A stretch of 64,000 nt of DNA from Candidatus Dormiibacterota bacterium (GCA_963718525.1 OY970355.1:896001-960000), one strand, 5' to 3'; shown: positions 37,760 to 49,026, numbered from the stretch's first letter. The notes: generated from the letters alone by a model not told the origin. Translations and numbers: made by a program.

Positions 37760-38137
37760 ATGCCGCCAGCCCGCGCCCGCATCCTGATCGCAGAAGATGA
37801 GGCCGCCGTCGCTCAGCAGGTTATCAACCGTTTCACGGTTCGTGGGCACGACGTTCGCTGGTCGAAGGCCATTCGCGAAGTGCGCGCTGAGCTCTCCGCA
37901 TTCGACCCCGACGTGCTGATTCTCGACGCCACCCTCGACACCGACGGGCTCGAGCTGTTCCAGGCCATTCGCTTTGCGCCCGAACACCCTCGCGCGGGTG
38001 TGGTCATCCTCACCGCTGCCGGTGACATCGGCGCGAGGGAGCGCGCCCAGCAGCTCGGCGCCGCGGCCGTGATGATGAAACCGGTGCGCAACGATGAGCT
38101 CGTGGAGATCGTCGAGGATCTGCTGACCTACATCTGA
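37760..38137 (+). CDS. Single-domain response regulator (receiver only)
   Basis: ILIAEDE, PDVLILD, ILTA, KP motifs. Confidence 0.9.
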   Translation: MPPARARILIAEDEAAVAQQVINRFTVRGHDVRWSKAIREVRAELSAFDPDVLILDATLDTDGLELFQAIRFAPEHPRAGVVILTAAGDIGARERAQQLGAAAVMMKPVRNDELVEIVEDLLTYI

Positions 38138-38157
38138 CCGCGGGTGGATCGTTCGGA

Positions 38158-38700
38158 TCATCGCGCCAGCGCCGAGTACACGATGATCATCAACTGGCCG
38201 CCGATCCAGAAAACGAGAATCGCCCAGACGTAGGCTGGAACGCTGGCCGTCTGGTTGTAGTAGGTCACCACTGGCCGCTCGGTCATGATCACGATCGCCA
38301 GCGCGTCGATGAGCAGGAAGATCAGCGTGACGATGAGCCCCGGGACATCGACTCCGTTCCCCACGATCGCCCCAACCACCAACGAGATTGCAGCGAGCGC
38401 GATTGCGGCCGCGAGGGTGCCGATCTGAGCCAACCGGATCCAGGCGTGCTTTCGGGTGAGCAGCGAGGCGATGATGATCAGCGTCGCCGCGAGGCACGCC
38501 GCCGAGACTGCTCCAATCACCTGCACGGCCAGCGGCAGGGACGCCGTGCCCCCGGACCCGGTGGCGACGCCGCCCGCGAATGACGCCAGTGCTCCGAAGA
38601 GAGCGAGGATCGCGAGCGCGAGATCCCATGTGTAGACGAACAGCACCGCGCCCGGGCGGTGTTCCTGCTCGTCGTCTCGCGATGTCACCGAGTTCGGCAC
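38158..38700 (-). CDS. Hypothetical integral membrane protein (about 5 TM)
   Basis: Multiple long hydrophobic segments. Confidence 0.75.
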   Translation of the reverse strand: MPNSVTSRDDEQEHRPGAVLFVYTWDLALAILALFGALASFAGGVATGSGGTASLPLAVQVIGAVSAACLAATLIIIASLLTRKHAWIRLAQIGTLAAAIALAAISLVVGAIVGNGVDVPGLIVTLIFLLIDALAIVIMTERPVVTYYNQTASVPAYVWAILVFWIGGQLMIIVYSALAR

Positions 38701-38762
38701 GCGGCGATGATGCCATCGCACCAACGGGTCGCCGCTTCGGGGTCGCGACGTACGCTTCGGTC

Positions 38763-39824
38763 ATGACCACTGTCGTCGTCCTGCGTGGAGATCAGACCGG
38801 CCAGGAGCTTCTCGACGAAGCACTCCGGGTCATCAACCCGGACGTGATCCACGTGGACCTCGAGCTGCAGACCTTCGACCTCTCGCTCGAGCATCGCCGC
38901 GAGACCCGGAACGCCGTCGTGGCAGAGGCGGCGGACGCGATGCGGGTCACCGGCTTCGGATTGAAAGCGGCGACGGTCACGCCGGTTGACCGTGGCGACG
39001 TCGGCAGCCCGAACGCGCTGCTTCGGGAGCGGGTCGGCGGGCGGGTCATCCTTCGCACCGGTCAGCGAATCCCCGGCGTCGCCGGGATCGCCGGGGTCAG
39101 CGCCCCGATCAGCATCGTTCGAATGGCGGTGGACGACGCGTACAACGCCAGGGAATGGCGCGAATCGAGCGACGGCGACGAGATCGCCTTCCGCACCGAG
39201 CACATATCGCGCGCCACCTGCCGTGCAGTTGCCGAGTTCGCCTTCGTCCATGCCGGGCGCATGCATGCCCGAGTCTTCGGTGGTCCCAAGTTCACCGTCT
39301 CGCGGATCTACGAGGGCATGTTCAAGGAGGAGCTCGATGCCGCGGCCGGACGTCACCCGGAGGTTGATTACGAACCCCAGCTGATCGACGCGACGTATGC
39401 GTTGCTCTTCAGCCGGGCCGGCGATCCCCTGGTGATTCCGGCGCTCAATCGCGACGGGGATTGCTTGAGCGACCTGGTGCTGCCGCTGTTCGGCAGCATC
39501 GCCGGTGCGGAGTCGCTGCTCCTGGGTTTTGGTGAGGATCCGCTGGTGCCGTCGGTGGTGATGGCCGAGGCCCCGCACGGCACCGCGCCGAGCCTCCAGG
39601 GCAAGAACGTCGCCAACCCGATGGCGATGATCCTGGCCGCGGCCGCGCTCCTCGGATTCGCGTCGGACCCCCGATGCCGCCTGGTGTCGAAGGTGATCCG
39701 CGACGCACTCTTCGACACCCTTCGGGCCGGGATCTCGACACCCGATCTCGGCGGCCAGGCATCCACCACCGGGTTCACCAACTCGGTCATCGAGCGGGTG
39801 CGGGCGGCGCTCGAGACGGCGTGA
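38763..39824 (+). CDS. Isocitrate/isopropylmalate dehydrogenase family protein
   Basis: GDQTGQE, N.DGD.LSD, EAPHGTAP, ANP, TPDLGG. Confidence 0.9.
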   Translation: MTTVVVLRGDQTGQELLDEALRVINPDVIHVDLELQTFDLSLEHRRETRNAVVAEAADAMRVTGFGLKAATVTPVDRGDVGSPNALLRERVGGRVILRTGQRIPGVAGIAGVSAPISIVRMAVDDAYNAREWRESSDGDEIAFRTEHISRATCRAVAEFAFVHAGRMHARVFGGPKFTVSRIYEGMFKEELDAAAGRHPEVDYEPQLIDATYALLFSRAGDPLVIPALNRDGDCLSDLVLPLFGSIAGAESLLLGFGEDPLVPSVVMAEAPHGTAPSLQGKNVANPMAMILAAAALLGFASDPRCRLVSKVIRDALFDTLRAGISTPDLGGQASTTGFTNSVIERVRAALETA

Positions 39825-40993
39825 TGACCCGCATCCACCTGGACCACGCAGCGACGACCCCCCTCGCGGTTCAGGTGCTCGGTGAGATGTTGCCGTACCT
39901 GACAACAACTCAGGGGAACCCGTCATCGGTGCACGCATCAGGGCGCGCTGCGCGCTCCGCGGTCGACGCGGCCCGCGACCGGATCGCGGCGGTGCTCGGT
40001 TGCGCGCACCGCGAGGTCGTCTTCACCGGATCGGGCACCGAGGCCGACAACCTCGCGATGCGCGGGGTGGTGGAGCGATGGGGCGCGGAGCGCGGCCATC
40101 ACCTGGTGGTGAGTGCGATCGAGCACGATGCAATCCTCGAGACCGCGCGGCATCTCGAGGAAGCAGGTCTGGCCACGCATACCGTCACCGCCTGCGATCG
40201 AGAGTGCCGCGTCGACCCTGCCGCCGTTGCGGCGGTCGTCACCTCCGAGACCGTCCTGGTTTCCGTCATGTTCGTCAATAACGAGACCGGTGCCGTCCAG
40301 GATGTCGCGGCGATCGCCGAGGCGGTGCGCCGGCGCAATCCGAGGACGCTGATCCACACTGACGCCGTGCAGGCGTTCGGCAGGATCCCGTTCCAACCCG
40401 AGGTGCTCGGCGTCGACCTGCTCTCGCTTTCCGCACACAAGATTTACGGGCCGAAGGGCGTGGGCGCGCTGTGGGTGCGCCATGGGGTGGCACTCGCCGC
40501 CCAGAACACCGGCGGTGGCCAGGAGCGCAACCGGCGAAGCGCCACCGAGAACGTCGCGGGCATCGTCGGCTTCGCCGCGGCAGCCGAGCTTGCCGAACGG
40601 CTCCGCGTCGATGAGGCCGGCCGCCAGACGATGCTGTGTGAGCGACTGATCGCGGCCGTGACGGAAACCGTCCCGGACGCGATCGTGACCGCGGCCGGCG
40701 CTGCCAAGGCGGCCGGGTTTGCCACGTTTGCCTTTCCGGGCGTCCGGAGCGATGTGCTCCTCGCGGCCCTCGACATGGACGGAGTTGAAGCCTCGGCCGG
40801 GTCCGCATGCGCCAGCGGGGCGCCACTGCCTTCGCACGTCCTCCGGGCGATGGGCTACCCCGACGATCTCGCCGCCGGAGCGCTGCGCTGCACCACCGGC
40901 CGGGCCACCACCACCAGCGAGGTCGATGCGGCGGGATCGCTGATCGCCGCCGCGGTGGCACGAGTCCGAGCTAAAGTCCCAGCAAGAGCCTGA
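39824..40993 (+). CDS. iscS: Cysteine desulfurase (IscS/NifS group I)
   Basis: LDHAATTP, GNPSS.H, SAHKIYGPKG, SAGSACASG. Confidence 0.9.
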   Translation: MTRIHLDHAATTPLAVQVLGEMLPYLTTTQGNPSSVHASGRAARSAVDAARDRIAAVLGCAHREVVFTGSGTEADNLAMRGVVERWGAERGHHLVVSAIEHDAILETARHLEEAGLATHTVTACDRECRVDPAAVAAVVTSETVLVSVMFVNNETGAVQDVAAIAEAVRRRNPRTLIHTDAVQAFGRIPFQPEVLGVDLLSLSAHKIYGPKGVGALWVRHGVALAAQNTGGGQERNRRSATENVAGIVGFAAAAELAERLRVDEAGRQTMLCERLIAAVTETVPDAIVTAAGAAKAAGFATFAFPGVRSDVLLAALDMDGVEASAGSACASGAPLPSHVLRAMGYPDDLAAGALRCTTGRATTTSEVDAAGSLIAAAVARVRAKVPARA

Positions 40994-41050
40994 GGAAAAG
41001 TCCGGGACCGGGTTGGCGCCTCCGCGCCCACCGTGGGCTGAGCGCCCAGG

Positions 41051-41555
41051 TCAGGTCGCGGCGGGAAGCCCGATTGCGGAACGCAGCGCGGCGGCGTCGC
41101 TCGCCGCGGTGGCAAGGAGCGGGATCACCTGCTGCTGAATGGTCGCGATCACCCCGACCGCCGGTGCCGTTGCGGCCTGTTCCAGCAGCTTCTCGATGGC
41201 CGCGTCGTCGCCGAGCAGGCGGCTCACCTGGGTCGCGGCGCTTCCACTGAAGGGAATGGCCCGCAGCGCGTTGTCGTACACGATGGTCAGCTGGCGCTGG
41301 GCGCTGAGCGCGGTCTGGCAGGCGCTGAGCGCGACCGTCGCGCTGAGGGCGTCGCACGCGGTGTTCTCCATCAGGGCGATCTGCACCTCAGCAGCGTTGT
41401 AGTGGGTTGCCGCCGACGCGTACTTCGCCTGGATCTGGCTCGCGGTCAGGGGCGTGGGGGTGGGGGACGTCGAGCTCGAGGGGCCGCCACACGCCGCCAC
41501 GAGGGCGCCCGAAATCGCGAGCAGGGTCGTGAGTTCGAGCGTGGGGGGGTGGCAT
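41051..41555 (-). CDS. Predicted lipoprotein; start uncertain (nearest ATG is one base out of frame)
   Basis: Lipobox LVAAC followed by an S/T/P linker and a helical domain. Confidence 0.6.
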
Positions 41556-41610
41556 CGGCGCCCGCCGAGAATATCGCAGCAGTGTTCGGTCCCCTCTCTA
41601 GCACCGCGCC

Positions 41611-41644
41611 GGTCGGGTATAATTCCGACCATGACAGTAGGGAT
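41611..41644 (+). promoter_or_regulatory. TATAAT -10 element and IscR/Rrf2-type operator
   Basis: TATAAT 41618-41623; ATTCCGAC-CATGACA-GTAGGGAT 41622-41644 resembles the IscR type-1 box. Confidence 0.65.
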
Positions 41645-41720
41645 TCTCTCGAGTTCGGCGCGGAGCCCCTCCCACCGGCACACATCCGATCCCAGCGCGC
41701 CGCCCGCAGCATCGTTTTCG

Positions 41721-42179
41721 ATGCGGGTGAGCTCCAAAGCTCATTACGGTCTGCGCATGATGACCGAGTTCGCCAAGTCCTATGGCGCCGGGCCCCTGAG
41801 CATCGCCGAGGTGGCCCGCGTCGAGCACCTGCCTCTTGCCTATCTCGAGCAGCTCGCGTCCCAGCTTCGTCGCGGTGGCCTCGTCGAGAGCACTCGGGGC
41901 GTGCATGGCGGCTACTCGCTTGCCCGTCCCGCGGAGCAGATCAGCGTCCTCGACGTGGTCACCGTGATCGAGGGCGAGGTCTCGCCCGTCGAGTGCGTCT
42001 CCCACGGCTACGTGACCGGCACCTGCCAGCGTGAGGGCGAGTGCGCCTCCCGGGGCCTGTGGCTGCGCCTCAAGCAGAGCATCGACGCGGTGCTCAGCCA
42101 GACCACGCTCGCCGAGCTGGTCGCAGATCAGTCGCTGATCAACTCGATGGCACCGGCCTCCGAGGAACCGTGCCGATGA
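41721..42179 (+). CDS. Rrf2 family regulator (IscR-like, three Cys)
   Basis: YLEQL..LRR.GLV.STRG..GGY; C-x9-C-x5-C. Confidence 0.92.
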   Translation: MRVSSKAHYGLRMMTEFAKSYGAGPLSIAEVARVEHLPLAYLEQLASQLRRGGLVESTRGVHGGYSLARPAEQISVLDVVTVIEGEVSPVECVSHGYVTGTCQREGECASRGLWLRLKQSIDAVLSQTTLAELVADQSLINSMAPASEEPCR

Positions 42180-42934
42180 GCCAGGCAGTCCTTGCGATCT
42201 CCGGACTTCACGCCACCGTGGAGGGCAAGGAGATCCTCAAAGGCGTCGACCTCCAGGTGGCGCAGGGCGAGATCCACGCGCTCATGGGTCCGAACGGCTC
42301 GGGCAAGAGCACGCTCGCCTATACGCTCATGGGTCATCCCAAATACGCCGTGACCGGCGGCACGGTCACGTTCGATGGCCAGGACCTGCTCCCTCTCACG
42401 GCGGATGCCCGTGCGCGCCTCGGGTTGTTTCTCTGCTTCCAGTATCCGACCGCGATTCCGGGTGTCAGCACCGTGAACTTCCTGCGCGCGGCGCTCCGTG
42501 CCCAGCAGAAGGAGATGCCGGCGCGCGAGTTCCTCAACCGGCTGAGCGCCGAGATGCAGGAGCTCAAGATCGACGAGAGCTTCCGTTCGCGCTACATCAA
42601 CGACGGCTTCTCGGGCGGCGAGAAGAAGCGCATGGAGATCCTCCAGCTGGCCATGTTGCGTCCCAAGCTGGCAATACTCGACGAGACCGACTCGGGTCTC
42701 GACGTCGACGCGCTGCGCACGGTCGCCGACGGCGTCATGCGCCTCTGCGGGCCCGACATGGGGGTTCTGGTGATCACCCACTACCCGCGCATCCTCGAAC
42801 ACCTTCACCCGGATCGCGTGCACGTCCTCCATGACGGGCGCGTGGTCACCTCCGGCGGGGCGGACCTGGCGCGAAAGATCGAGCGCGAGGGCTACGAGCC
42901 AATTCTCGGGACGGCCGCAGCCGCCACCGCGTAG
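42176..42934 (+). CDS. sufC: Fe-S assembly ATPase SufC
   Basis: [28 protein letters not shown]. Confidence 0.96.
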   Translation: MSQAVLAISGLHATVEGKEILKGVDLQVAQGEIHALMGPNGSGKSTLAYTLMGHPKYAVTGGTVTFDGQDLLPLTADARARLGLFLCFQYPTAIPGVSTVNFLRAALRAQQKEMPAREFLNRLSAEMQELKIDESFRSRYINDGFSGGEKKRMEILQLAMLRPKLAILDETDSGLDVDALRTVADGVMRLCGPDMGVLVITHYPRILEHLHPDRVHVLHDGRVVTSGGADLARKIEREGYEPILGTAAAATA

Positions 42935-42944
42935 GAGATTCGCG

Positions 42945-44345
42945 ATGGCGATTCAAGCAAAAGAGCTGACCAAGGACTACCAGTTCGGTTTCTCGGACAT
43001 CGACGTGTCGGTCTTCCGCACGGCAAAGGGTCTTTCGCCAGAGGTCGTCGCATCGATCTCGCAGCACAAGAACGAGCCCGAGTGGATGCTCAAGTTCCGC
43101 CTCAAGGCGCTCGACCATTTCCGCAAGCGTCCGATGCCGAACTGGGGCGCCGATCTTTCTGGGCTCGACTTCGAGAATATCTACTACTACGTCAAGCCCG
43201 TCGAAGAGATGAGCCGGTCGTGGGATGACGTCCCCGACTCGATCAAGCAGACCTTCGACCAACTCGGCATTCCCCAGGCGGAGCGCCAGTTCCTCGCCGG
43301 CGTGAGCGCGCAGTACGACTCCGAGGTGGTCTACCACAGCATCCGCGAGGACCTCGAAAAGCAGGGCGTGCTCTTCAGCGACTGCGACACCGGTCTGCGT
43401 GAGCACGAGGAGCTCTTCCGCAAGTACTTCGGCACCGTGATTCCGCCGAATGACAACAAGTTCGCCGCGCTGAACAGCGCCGTGTGGTCGGGTGGATCGT
43501 TCGTCTACGTCCCCAAGGGCGTCAAGGTGGACATCCCACTCCAGGCCTACTTCCGGATCAACAGCGACAACATGGGGCAGTTCGAGCGGACTCTGATCAT
43601 CGCCGACGAGGGATCGTCGGTCCACTACATCGAGGGCTGCACGGCGCCGAACTACTCGAGCGATTCGCTGCACAGCGCCGTGGTCGAGCTGATCGCGCAC
43701 AAGGGCGCGAAGATCCGCTACACCACGATCCAGAACTGGTCGGACAACGTCTACAACCTGGTCACCAAGCGAGCCATCGCCAATGAGAACGCGACGGTCG
43801 AGTGGATCGACGGGAATCTTGGCTCCAAGGTCACCATGAAGTACCCGTCGGTGTACCTGATGGGCGAGGGCGCGCACGCCGAAGTCATGAGCGCCGCGTT
43901 CGCCGGCAGCGGCCAGCACCAGGACGCGGGCAGCAAGGCGATCCACGTGGCACCGAACACCACGAGCAACATCGTGTCGCGGTCGATCAGCAAGGGCAGC
44001 GGGCGCACGTCGTACCGCGGTCACATCAAGGTCCTGCCCAAGGCCCACAACGTCAAGGTGAGCGTCCGCTGCGACGCGTTGCTCCTCGACGAGGAATCGC
44101 GGAGCGACACCTATCCCTACATGGATATCGACAACCCGGACGTCACCATCGGGCATGAGGCCAGCGTCAGCAAGGTCGGCGAGGATCAGATCTTCTACCT
44201 GACGTCGCGCGGCATCAGCGAGCAGGACGCCACGGCGCTGATCGTCAATGGATTCTTCGAGCCCTTCGTGAAGGAGCTGCCGATGGAGTACGCGGTCGAG
44301 CTCAACCGTCTGCTCGCACTCTCCATGGAGGGTGCGATCGGGTGA
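42945..44345 (+). CDS. sufB: Fe-S assembly protein SufB
   Basis: [36 protein letters not shown]. Confidence 0.97.
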   Translation: MAIQAKELTKDYQFGFSDIDVSVFRTAKGLSPEVVASISQHKNEPEWMLKFRLKALDHFRKRPMPNWGADLSGLDFENIYYYVKPVEEMSRSWDDVPDSIKQTFDQLGIPQAERQFLAGVSAQYDSEVVYHSIREDLEKQGVLFSDCDTGLREHEELFRKYFGTVIPPNDNKFAALNSAVWSGGSFVYVPKGVKVDIPLQAYFRINSDNMGQFERTLIIADEGSSVHYIEGCTAPNYSSDSLHSAVVELIAHKGAKIRYTTIQNWSDNVYNLVTKRAIANENATVEWIDGNLGSKVTMKYPSVYLMGEGAHAEVMSAAFAGSGQHQDAGSKAIHVAPNTTSNIVSRSISKGSGRTSYRGHIKVLPKAHNVKVSVRCDALLLDEESRSDTYPYMDIDNPDVTIGHEASVSKVGEDQIFYLTSRGISEQDATALIVNGFFEPFVKELPMEYAVELNRLLALSMEGAIG

Positions 44346-45685
44346 CGACCCCGCTGGCCGATTCGCCCGCAGCGGCGCTCGGGCAAGAGGTCGCGGCAGC
44401 GCGGGCTGAGGCATCGCCGGCGTGGCTCGCGGCGCGGCGCCGCATCGCGTGGGACGCCTATGAGGCGATCCCGATGCCCTCGTCGCAACGCGACGAGGAC
44501 TGGCGGCGCACCGATATCTCGGCGCTGCACCCCGAGCGTTTCACGCCCATCGACCGTGTCGACGGGGCGGTGGTGGACGCCATGCGCGCCCAGCGGGACG
44601 CCGCTGCGCCCGACGCGGCCTTCGTGGTCGACACCCCGGTGGACGCCCCGATTGAAGGAGCTGACACGCTCCACGCCCAGGGAGTCATCGTGACCACGCT
44701 CGAGGAGGCGGCAGTCGTGCACCCCGAGCTCGTGCAAGGAGCGTTCGCCTCGGTTCGCGTCGACGAGTTGAAGTTCGTGGCGCTCTGGAACGCACTGTGG
44801 CGAGGCGGAGTCTTCGTGTACGTGCCCCGCGGCGTCGAAGCCCTCGTGCCCGTATGGATCGCCCACCCGGCGGGCGGCGATGAACGTGCGGTGTTCCCCT
44901 CGGCTGCCGTGGTCCTCGATGAGGGCGCGTCGCTCACCGTCATCGATGCCTACGCCTCGCCGTCGAGTCCCGCCGCGCTCTTCAGTGACGCGATGGTGAT
45001 CCTCTCCGCGGGGCGCGATGCCCGCCTCGACTACAACACCGTGCAGCAGTGGGGCGAAGGCGTGTGGCACGTCGCCATGCAGCGCGCGGTGCTCGACGCC
45101 AACGCCAGGCTTCGATTCATGGGAGTGACCCTCGGCGCACGTCTCCAGAAGGCGTGGTGGGAGGTACTGCTCGAAGGTATTGGCAGCGAGGCCGACGTGC
45201 TGGGTATCTGCTTTGGTGATGGCACGCAGCACTTCGACCACCAGTCGCTCCAGGCGCACGTCGGTCCCGAGACCCGCAGCAACCTGTTGCTCAAGGTGGC
45301 CGTCCGCGACCGTGCGCGCTCGGTGTACGGCGGCATGATCGACGTCGCCCCCACCGCGATTCATGCCGACGGCTACGTGGCCAACCGCAACCTGCTGCTC
45401 AGCCAGGGCGCCAAAGCCAACTCGATCCCGCGCCTGGAGATCCGCGCCAACGACGTCAAGTGCGGGCACGGCGCCACCGCCGGTCACATCGACTCCGAGC
45501 AGCGCTTCTACCTGATGGCCCGCGGGATCCCGCCTGAGGAGGCGAGCTCGCTGATCGTGCGCGGGTTCATGGACGACGTCCTCGATCGCGTGCCCCATCG
45601 CGGGTTCGCCGAGCTCGCCGGAGCGTTGCTCGACGCCGAGATCGCCGGCGGGTCAGTGGCCGGGGTCACGGCGGAATCCGAATGA
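44342..45685 (+). CDS. sufD: Fe-S assembly protein SufD
   Basis: [29 protein letters not shown]. Confidence 0.94.
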   Translation: MTTPLADSPAAALGQEVAAARAEASPAWLAARRRIAWDAYEAIPMPSSQRDEDWRRTDISALHPERFTPIDRVDGAVVDAMRAQRDAAAPDAAFVVDTPVDAPIEGADTLHAQGVIVTTLEEAAVVHPELVQGAFASVRVDELKFVALWNALWRGGVFVYVPRGVEALVPVWIAHPAGGDERAVFPSAAVVLDEGASLTVIDAYASPSSPAALFSDAMVILSAGRDARLDYNTVQQWGEGVWHVAMQRAVLDANARLRFMGVTLGARLQKAWWEVLLEGIGSEADVLGICFGDGTQHFDHQSLQAHVGPETRSNLLLKVAVRDRARSVYGGMIDVAPTAIHADGYVANRNLLLSQGAKANSIPRLEIRANDVKCGHGATAGHIDSEQRFYLMARGIPPEEASSLIVRGFMDDVLDRVPHRGFAELAGALLDAEIAGGSVAGVTAESE

Positions 45686-46023
45686 GCGACGGCTGGGTCG
45701 ACGTCGCGCGAGCCGGCGATATCCCTCCGGGATGCGCCGCCCGCGTCGAGATCGACGAAACCCCGGTGGCGATCTTCAACGTCGACGGGACGTTCTATGC
45801 GCTCGATGACACGTGCAGCCACGCCGAGGCATCGCTGAGCGAGGGCGACCTCGACGTCGATCGCTGCGCCATCGAATGCCCGCTGCACGGATCGAGCTTT
45901 GATCTGCGCACCGGCGACCCGCTGTCGCTGCCGGCCGTCGAACCGGTTCGCGCGCACCGCGTCGAGATCACCGAAGACGGGGTGCTTCAAGTCGCGCTCG
46001 TCGACGAGGTTCCGGCACAGTGA
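45682..46023 (+). CDS. Rieske-type ferredoxin
   Basis: CSH...CPLHGS.FD. Confidence 0.93.
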   Translation: MSDGWVDVARAGDIPPGCAARVEIDETPVAIFNVDGTFYALDDTCSHAEASLSEGDLDVDRCAIECPLHGSSFDLRTGDPLSLPAVEPVRAHRVEITEDGVLQVALVDEVPAQ

Positions 46024-47270
46024 CCGCGCCCGTGGTCACCGATCAGGGCCTCGACGTCGCCCGGATACGCGCCGATTTTCCGATCCTGAGCCGCGACATC
46101 GGGACGCATCCACTCGTCTACCTCGACTCGGCCGCCACATCGCAGAAGCCGCAAATGGTGGTGGACGCCGTGGACGCGTACTACGCGAGCAGCAACGCGA
46201 ATGTGCATCGCGGAGTGCACACGCTCGGCAACGAGGCGACTGACTCGTTCGAACGTGCGCGAGCCCGGGTGGCGGCGTTTCTCGATGCACCTCCCGACGG
46301 CCTGGTCTTCGTTCGCAACACGACCGAGGCGATCAACCTGGTCGCCTACTCGTATGCAACGCAGCTGCTCGAGCCCGGTGACCGGATCGTGGTCACGGTC
46401 ATGGAGCACCACAGCAACCTCGTCCCGTGGCAGCTCGCCGCCGAACGCCGAGGCCTCAGCCTGGCAGCGATCGATATCGATGACGACGGCCGTCTCGACC
46501 TGAGCAATCTCGACGAATTGCTTGCGCCGCCGACCCGGCTCGTCGCGATCGGACACCAGTCGAACGTGCTCGGCACGGTCAACGATATCCGCACCATCAC
46601 CGAGCGAGCACACGCCGCCGGCGCGCTCGTCTGCGTCGACGCGGCGCAATCCGTGCCCCACATGAGCGTGTCCGCGCGCGACCTCGACTGCGACTTCATC
46701 GTATTCAGCGGCCACAAGATGTGTGGGCCGATGGGGATCGGGGTGCTGTGGGCGCGCCCGGAGCTGCTCGAACGCATGCCTCCCTTCCTTGGTGGTGGGA
46801 GCATGATCAGCCGGGTGACCCTTGAACGCAGCACGTGGAACACAGTGCCTCACAAGTTCGAGGCGGGCACACCCGATGTCGCCGGCGCGGTCGGCCTCGC
46901 CGCAGCGTGCGACTACCTCGATGCCGTCGGCCGCGATCGCATTCACGCGCATGAGATGTCGTTGACCACGCACCTCCTCGATGTTCTGGACGAGGTTGGC
47001 GATATCACAATCTTCGGACCGCGTGATCTCGAGGCCCGCGGTGGCGTCGTGAGCTTCAACCTTGCGGACGTGCATGCGCACGACGTGGGCACCATCCTGG
47101 ATCGGCGAGGTATCGCGGTCCGTGCCGGGCACCACTGCGCGCAGCCCCTCATGGCGCGCTATGACGTGCCGTCGATGGCGCGCGCGTCGGTGTATCTCTA
47201 CACCACACACGATGAGATCGACGCGCTCGGTGAAGGGCTGACCGAGGTGCGCCGGGTCTTTCGCGTCTAG
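46020..47270 (+). CDS. sufS: Cysteine desulfurase SufS
   Basis: YLDSAATSQKP, SGHKM.GP, RAGHHCA. Confidence 0.96.
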   Translation: MTAPVVTDQGLDVARIRADFPILSRDIGTHPLVYLDSAATSQKPQMVVDAVDAYYASSNANVHRGVHTLGNEATDSFERARARVAAFLDAPPDGLVFVRNTTEAINLVAYSYATQLLEPGDRIVVTVMEHHSNLVPWQLAAERRGLSLAAIDIDDDGRLDLSNLDELLAPPTRLVAIGHQSNVLGTVNDIRTITERAHAAGALVCVDAAQSVPHMSVSARDLDCDFIVFSGHKMCGPMGIGVLWARPELLERMPPFLGGGSMISRVTLERSTWNTVPHKFEAGTPDVAGAVGLAAACDYLDAVGRDRIHAHEMSLTTHLLDVLDEVGDITIFGPRDLEARGGVVSFNLADVHAHDVGTILDRRGIAVRAGHHCAQPLMARYDVPSMARASVYLYTTHDEIDALGEGLTEVRRVFRV

Positions 47271-47804
47271 CTAGCTCGCGCCGTCGAGAAATGCCGCGAT
47301 GCGCGCGGCGGCATCCTTCCGAACCGCGAGCAAGCCATGCCCCAGGCCCGGATAGATGATCAGCTCCGCATTGCGAACCATGCTCACCTCGCGCCGGAGG
47401 AGGTCCACCTTCGCGAACGGGTCGCGATCCCCGGAGAGGAGGAGCACTGGGCAATCGATGCGCGGCCAGTGCGCCGTGCGGAGATCGTCCGGATGCCCCG
47501 GACGGTGCAACGGGTAACTCAGCAGGACGAGCGCGCGCACCGGCTGGTCAGCCGCGAGCAGGCTCGCCATCCGGCCTCCGTACGAATGCCCACCCACAGC
47601 CGCGCCCGGCTGTTCGACCAGCGCGCGCCGGAAGACGTCGACCGCGCGGTCGTTGTTCGATTTCGGCAGGTCGAGCGCCACCGCCAGGACGCCATGAGAC
47701 GCGAGCGCGTCGACCCAGGGCCGCATCGATGCCGCGGTTCCCGAGGCGCCGTGTCCGAGCAGGAGGCGCGGAATTAGCGCGCGGGGCGGCTGGCGCTCAC
47801 TCAC
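47271..47804 (-). CDS. Alpha/beta hydrolase
   Basis: GHGAS, GGHSYGG nucleophile elbow, GDRDPF, GH; GTG start at 47804. Confidence 0.85.
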   Translation of the reverse strand: MSERQPPRALIPRLLLGHGASGTAASMRPWVDALASHGVLAVALDLPKSNNDRAVDVFRRALVEQPGAAVGGHSYGGRMASLLAADQPVRALVLLSYPLHRPGHPDDLRTAHWPRIDCPVLLLSGDRDPFAKVDLLRREVSMVRNAELIIYPGLGHGLLAVRKDAAARIAAFLDGAS

Positions 47805-49026
47805 GTTCGAGGATCTGGAACGCGACCGGCTGGGGCGTGTGGGTGACGACCGCCGGCCGACCCGGGAGCCACGCGGCACAGACAAGCGCTCCGAGCAGAA
47901 GGATGCCGCCGCCACACCAGAAGGGAAGCCCCGCGTTCAGACCGTAGAGCGAGCCGAGCACCGCCGCCCCGAAGGCCATGCCGCTGAACTGGTACAGGCC
48001 GCCGAGGCCCATGGCACGTCCCCGAACTGATTCCGGAGTGCTGTCGCCGATGACCGCAAAAAGGCTGGGCTCGAGGATCACCGTCGCCACCGCCTCGATC
48101 GTGCCGACCGTCAGGATCACCGCAAGGGCCTGGAGGAACGGATAGGTCGAAGCGCACACCGCCACCACGATCAACCCGGCAGTGACCAGCTTGCGCCGGT
48201 CGGATCGGTCTGCCAGGCGGCCGCCGGCTCGCGCCAGCACCAGAATTGGCAGGGCGAACACGCTGACCGAGAGCCCGATGATCAGCGGGTCGTAGCCTCG
48301 AGCGGCGAGATACTGCGGCCATACGACGTCGTACATCGACCAGATGGTGCCGACGGCGAAGAGCGCGGCGATGGGAACCACGATCCCGCGCAGTCGCCAC
48401 CAGCGGAAGGGTTCCTTCTTGACGACCGAGCTTGTGGGCGCCGTACGCGTCTCGGGCACCCGGAACATCGCTCCGAGGCCGATGAACATCGACAGCCCGG
48501 TGATCCCGAACACCGCCGAGTCACGCCACAGCGCGGCGGCGCCGCCGACAAGCGGGCCGACAAGGAGCCCGACCATCTCGTATGCCTGCAACTGCGAGAA
48601 GCGCTGCGCTCGCTGGTCCGGCGCGCTGAGATCGGTGAGCGCCGCGCGCAGTGCCGGTACGTACGCGCCGGCGCACGCGCCCATGACGATGCGGATGGCG
48701 GTGAGCACCGGGAGCGACCCGATGTTGAAAAACAGAAACAGCGACAGGAAGGCATACACGAGACGAGGTCCGATGAGAAACGGCTTGCGGCCCCAGCGAT
48801 CACAGAGCCGACCCGCGGGTACCTGGACGAGCGTGTTGGCGACCAGGGGACCGGCGATGAAGATGGCCACGGCGACGGAATTGCCGCCGCGATGCGCCAC
48901 GTACAGGGGCGCGATTGGAAAGACGGCGGCGACGCCGGTGAACATGATCAGTTGCCCGATCAGCAGCCAGAAAGCGGGGTCAGCCCTTGGTTTTCCGGTG
49001 CGCGCGCGGACATCGATGCGAGCCAT
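47797..49026 (-). CDS. MFS transporter
   Basis: GRLCDRWGRK motif A and GRLADRSDRR; about 12 TM. Confidence 0.92.
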   Translation of the reverse strand: MARIDVRARTGKPRADPAFWLLIGQLIMFTGVAAVFPIAPLYVAHRGGNSVAVAIFIAGPLVANTLVQVPAGRLCDRWGRKPFLIGPRLVYAFLSLFLFFNIGSLPVLTAIRIVMGACAGAYVPALRAALTDLSAPDQRAQRFSQLQAYEMVGLLVGPLVGGAAALWRDSAVFGITGLSMFIGLGAMFRVPETRTAPTSSVVKKEPFRWWRLRGIVVPIAALFAVGTIWSMYDVVWPQYLAARGYDPLIIGLSVSVFALPILVLARAGGRLADRSDRRKLVTAGLIVVAVCASTYPFLQALAVILTVGTIEAVATVILEPSLFAVIGDSTPESVRGRAMGLGGLYQFSGMAFGAAVLGSLYGLNAGLPFWCGGGILLLGALVCAAWLPGRPAVVTHTPQPVAFQILERE

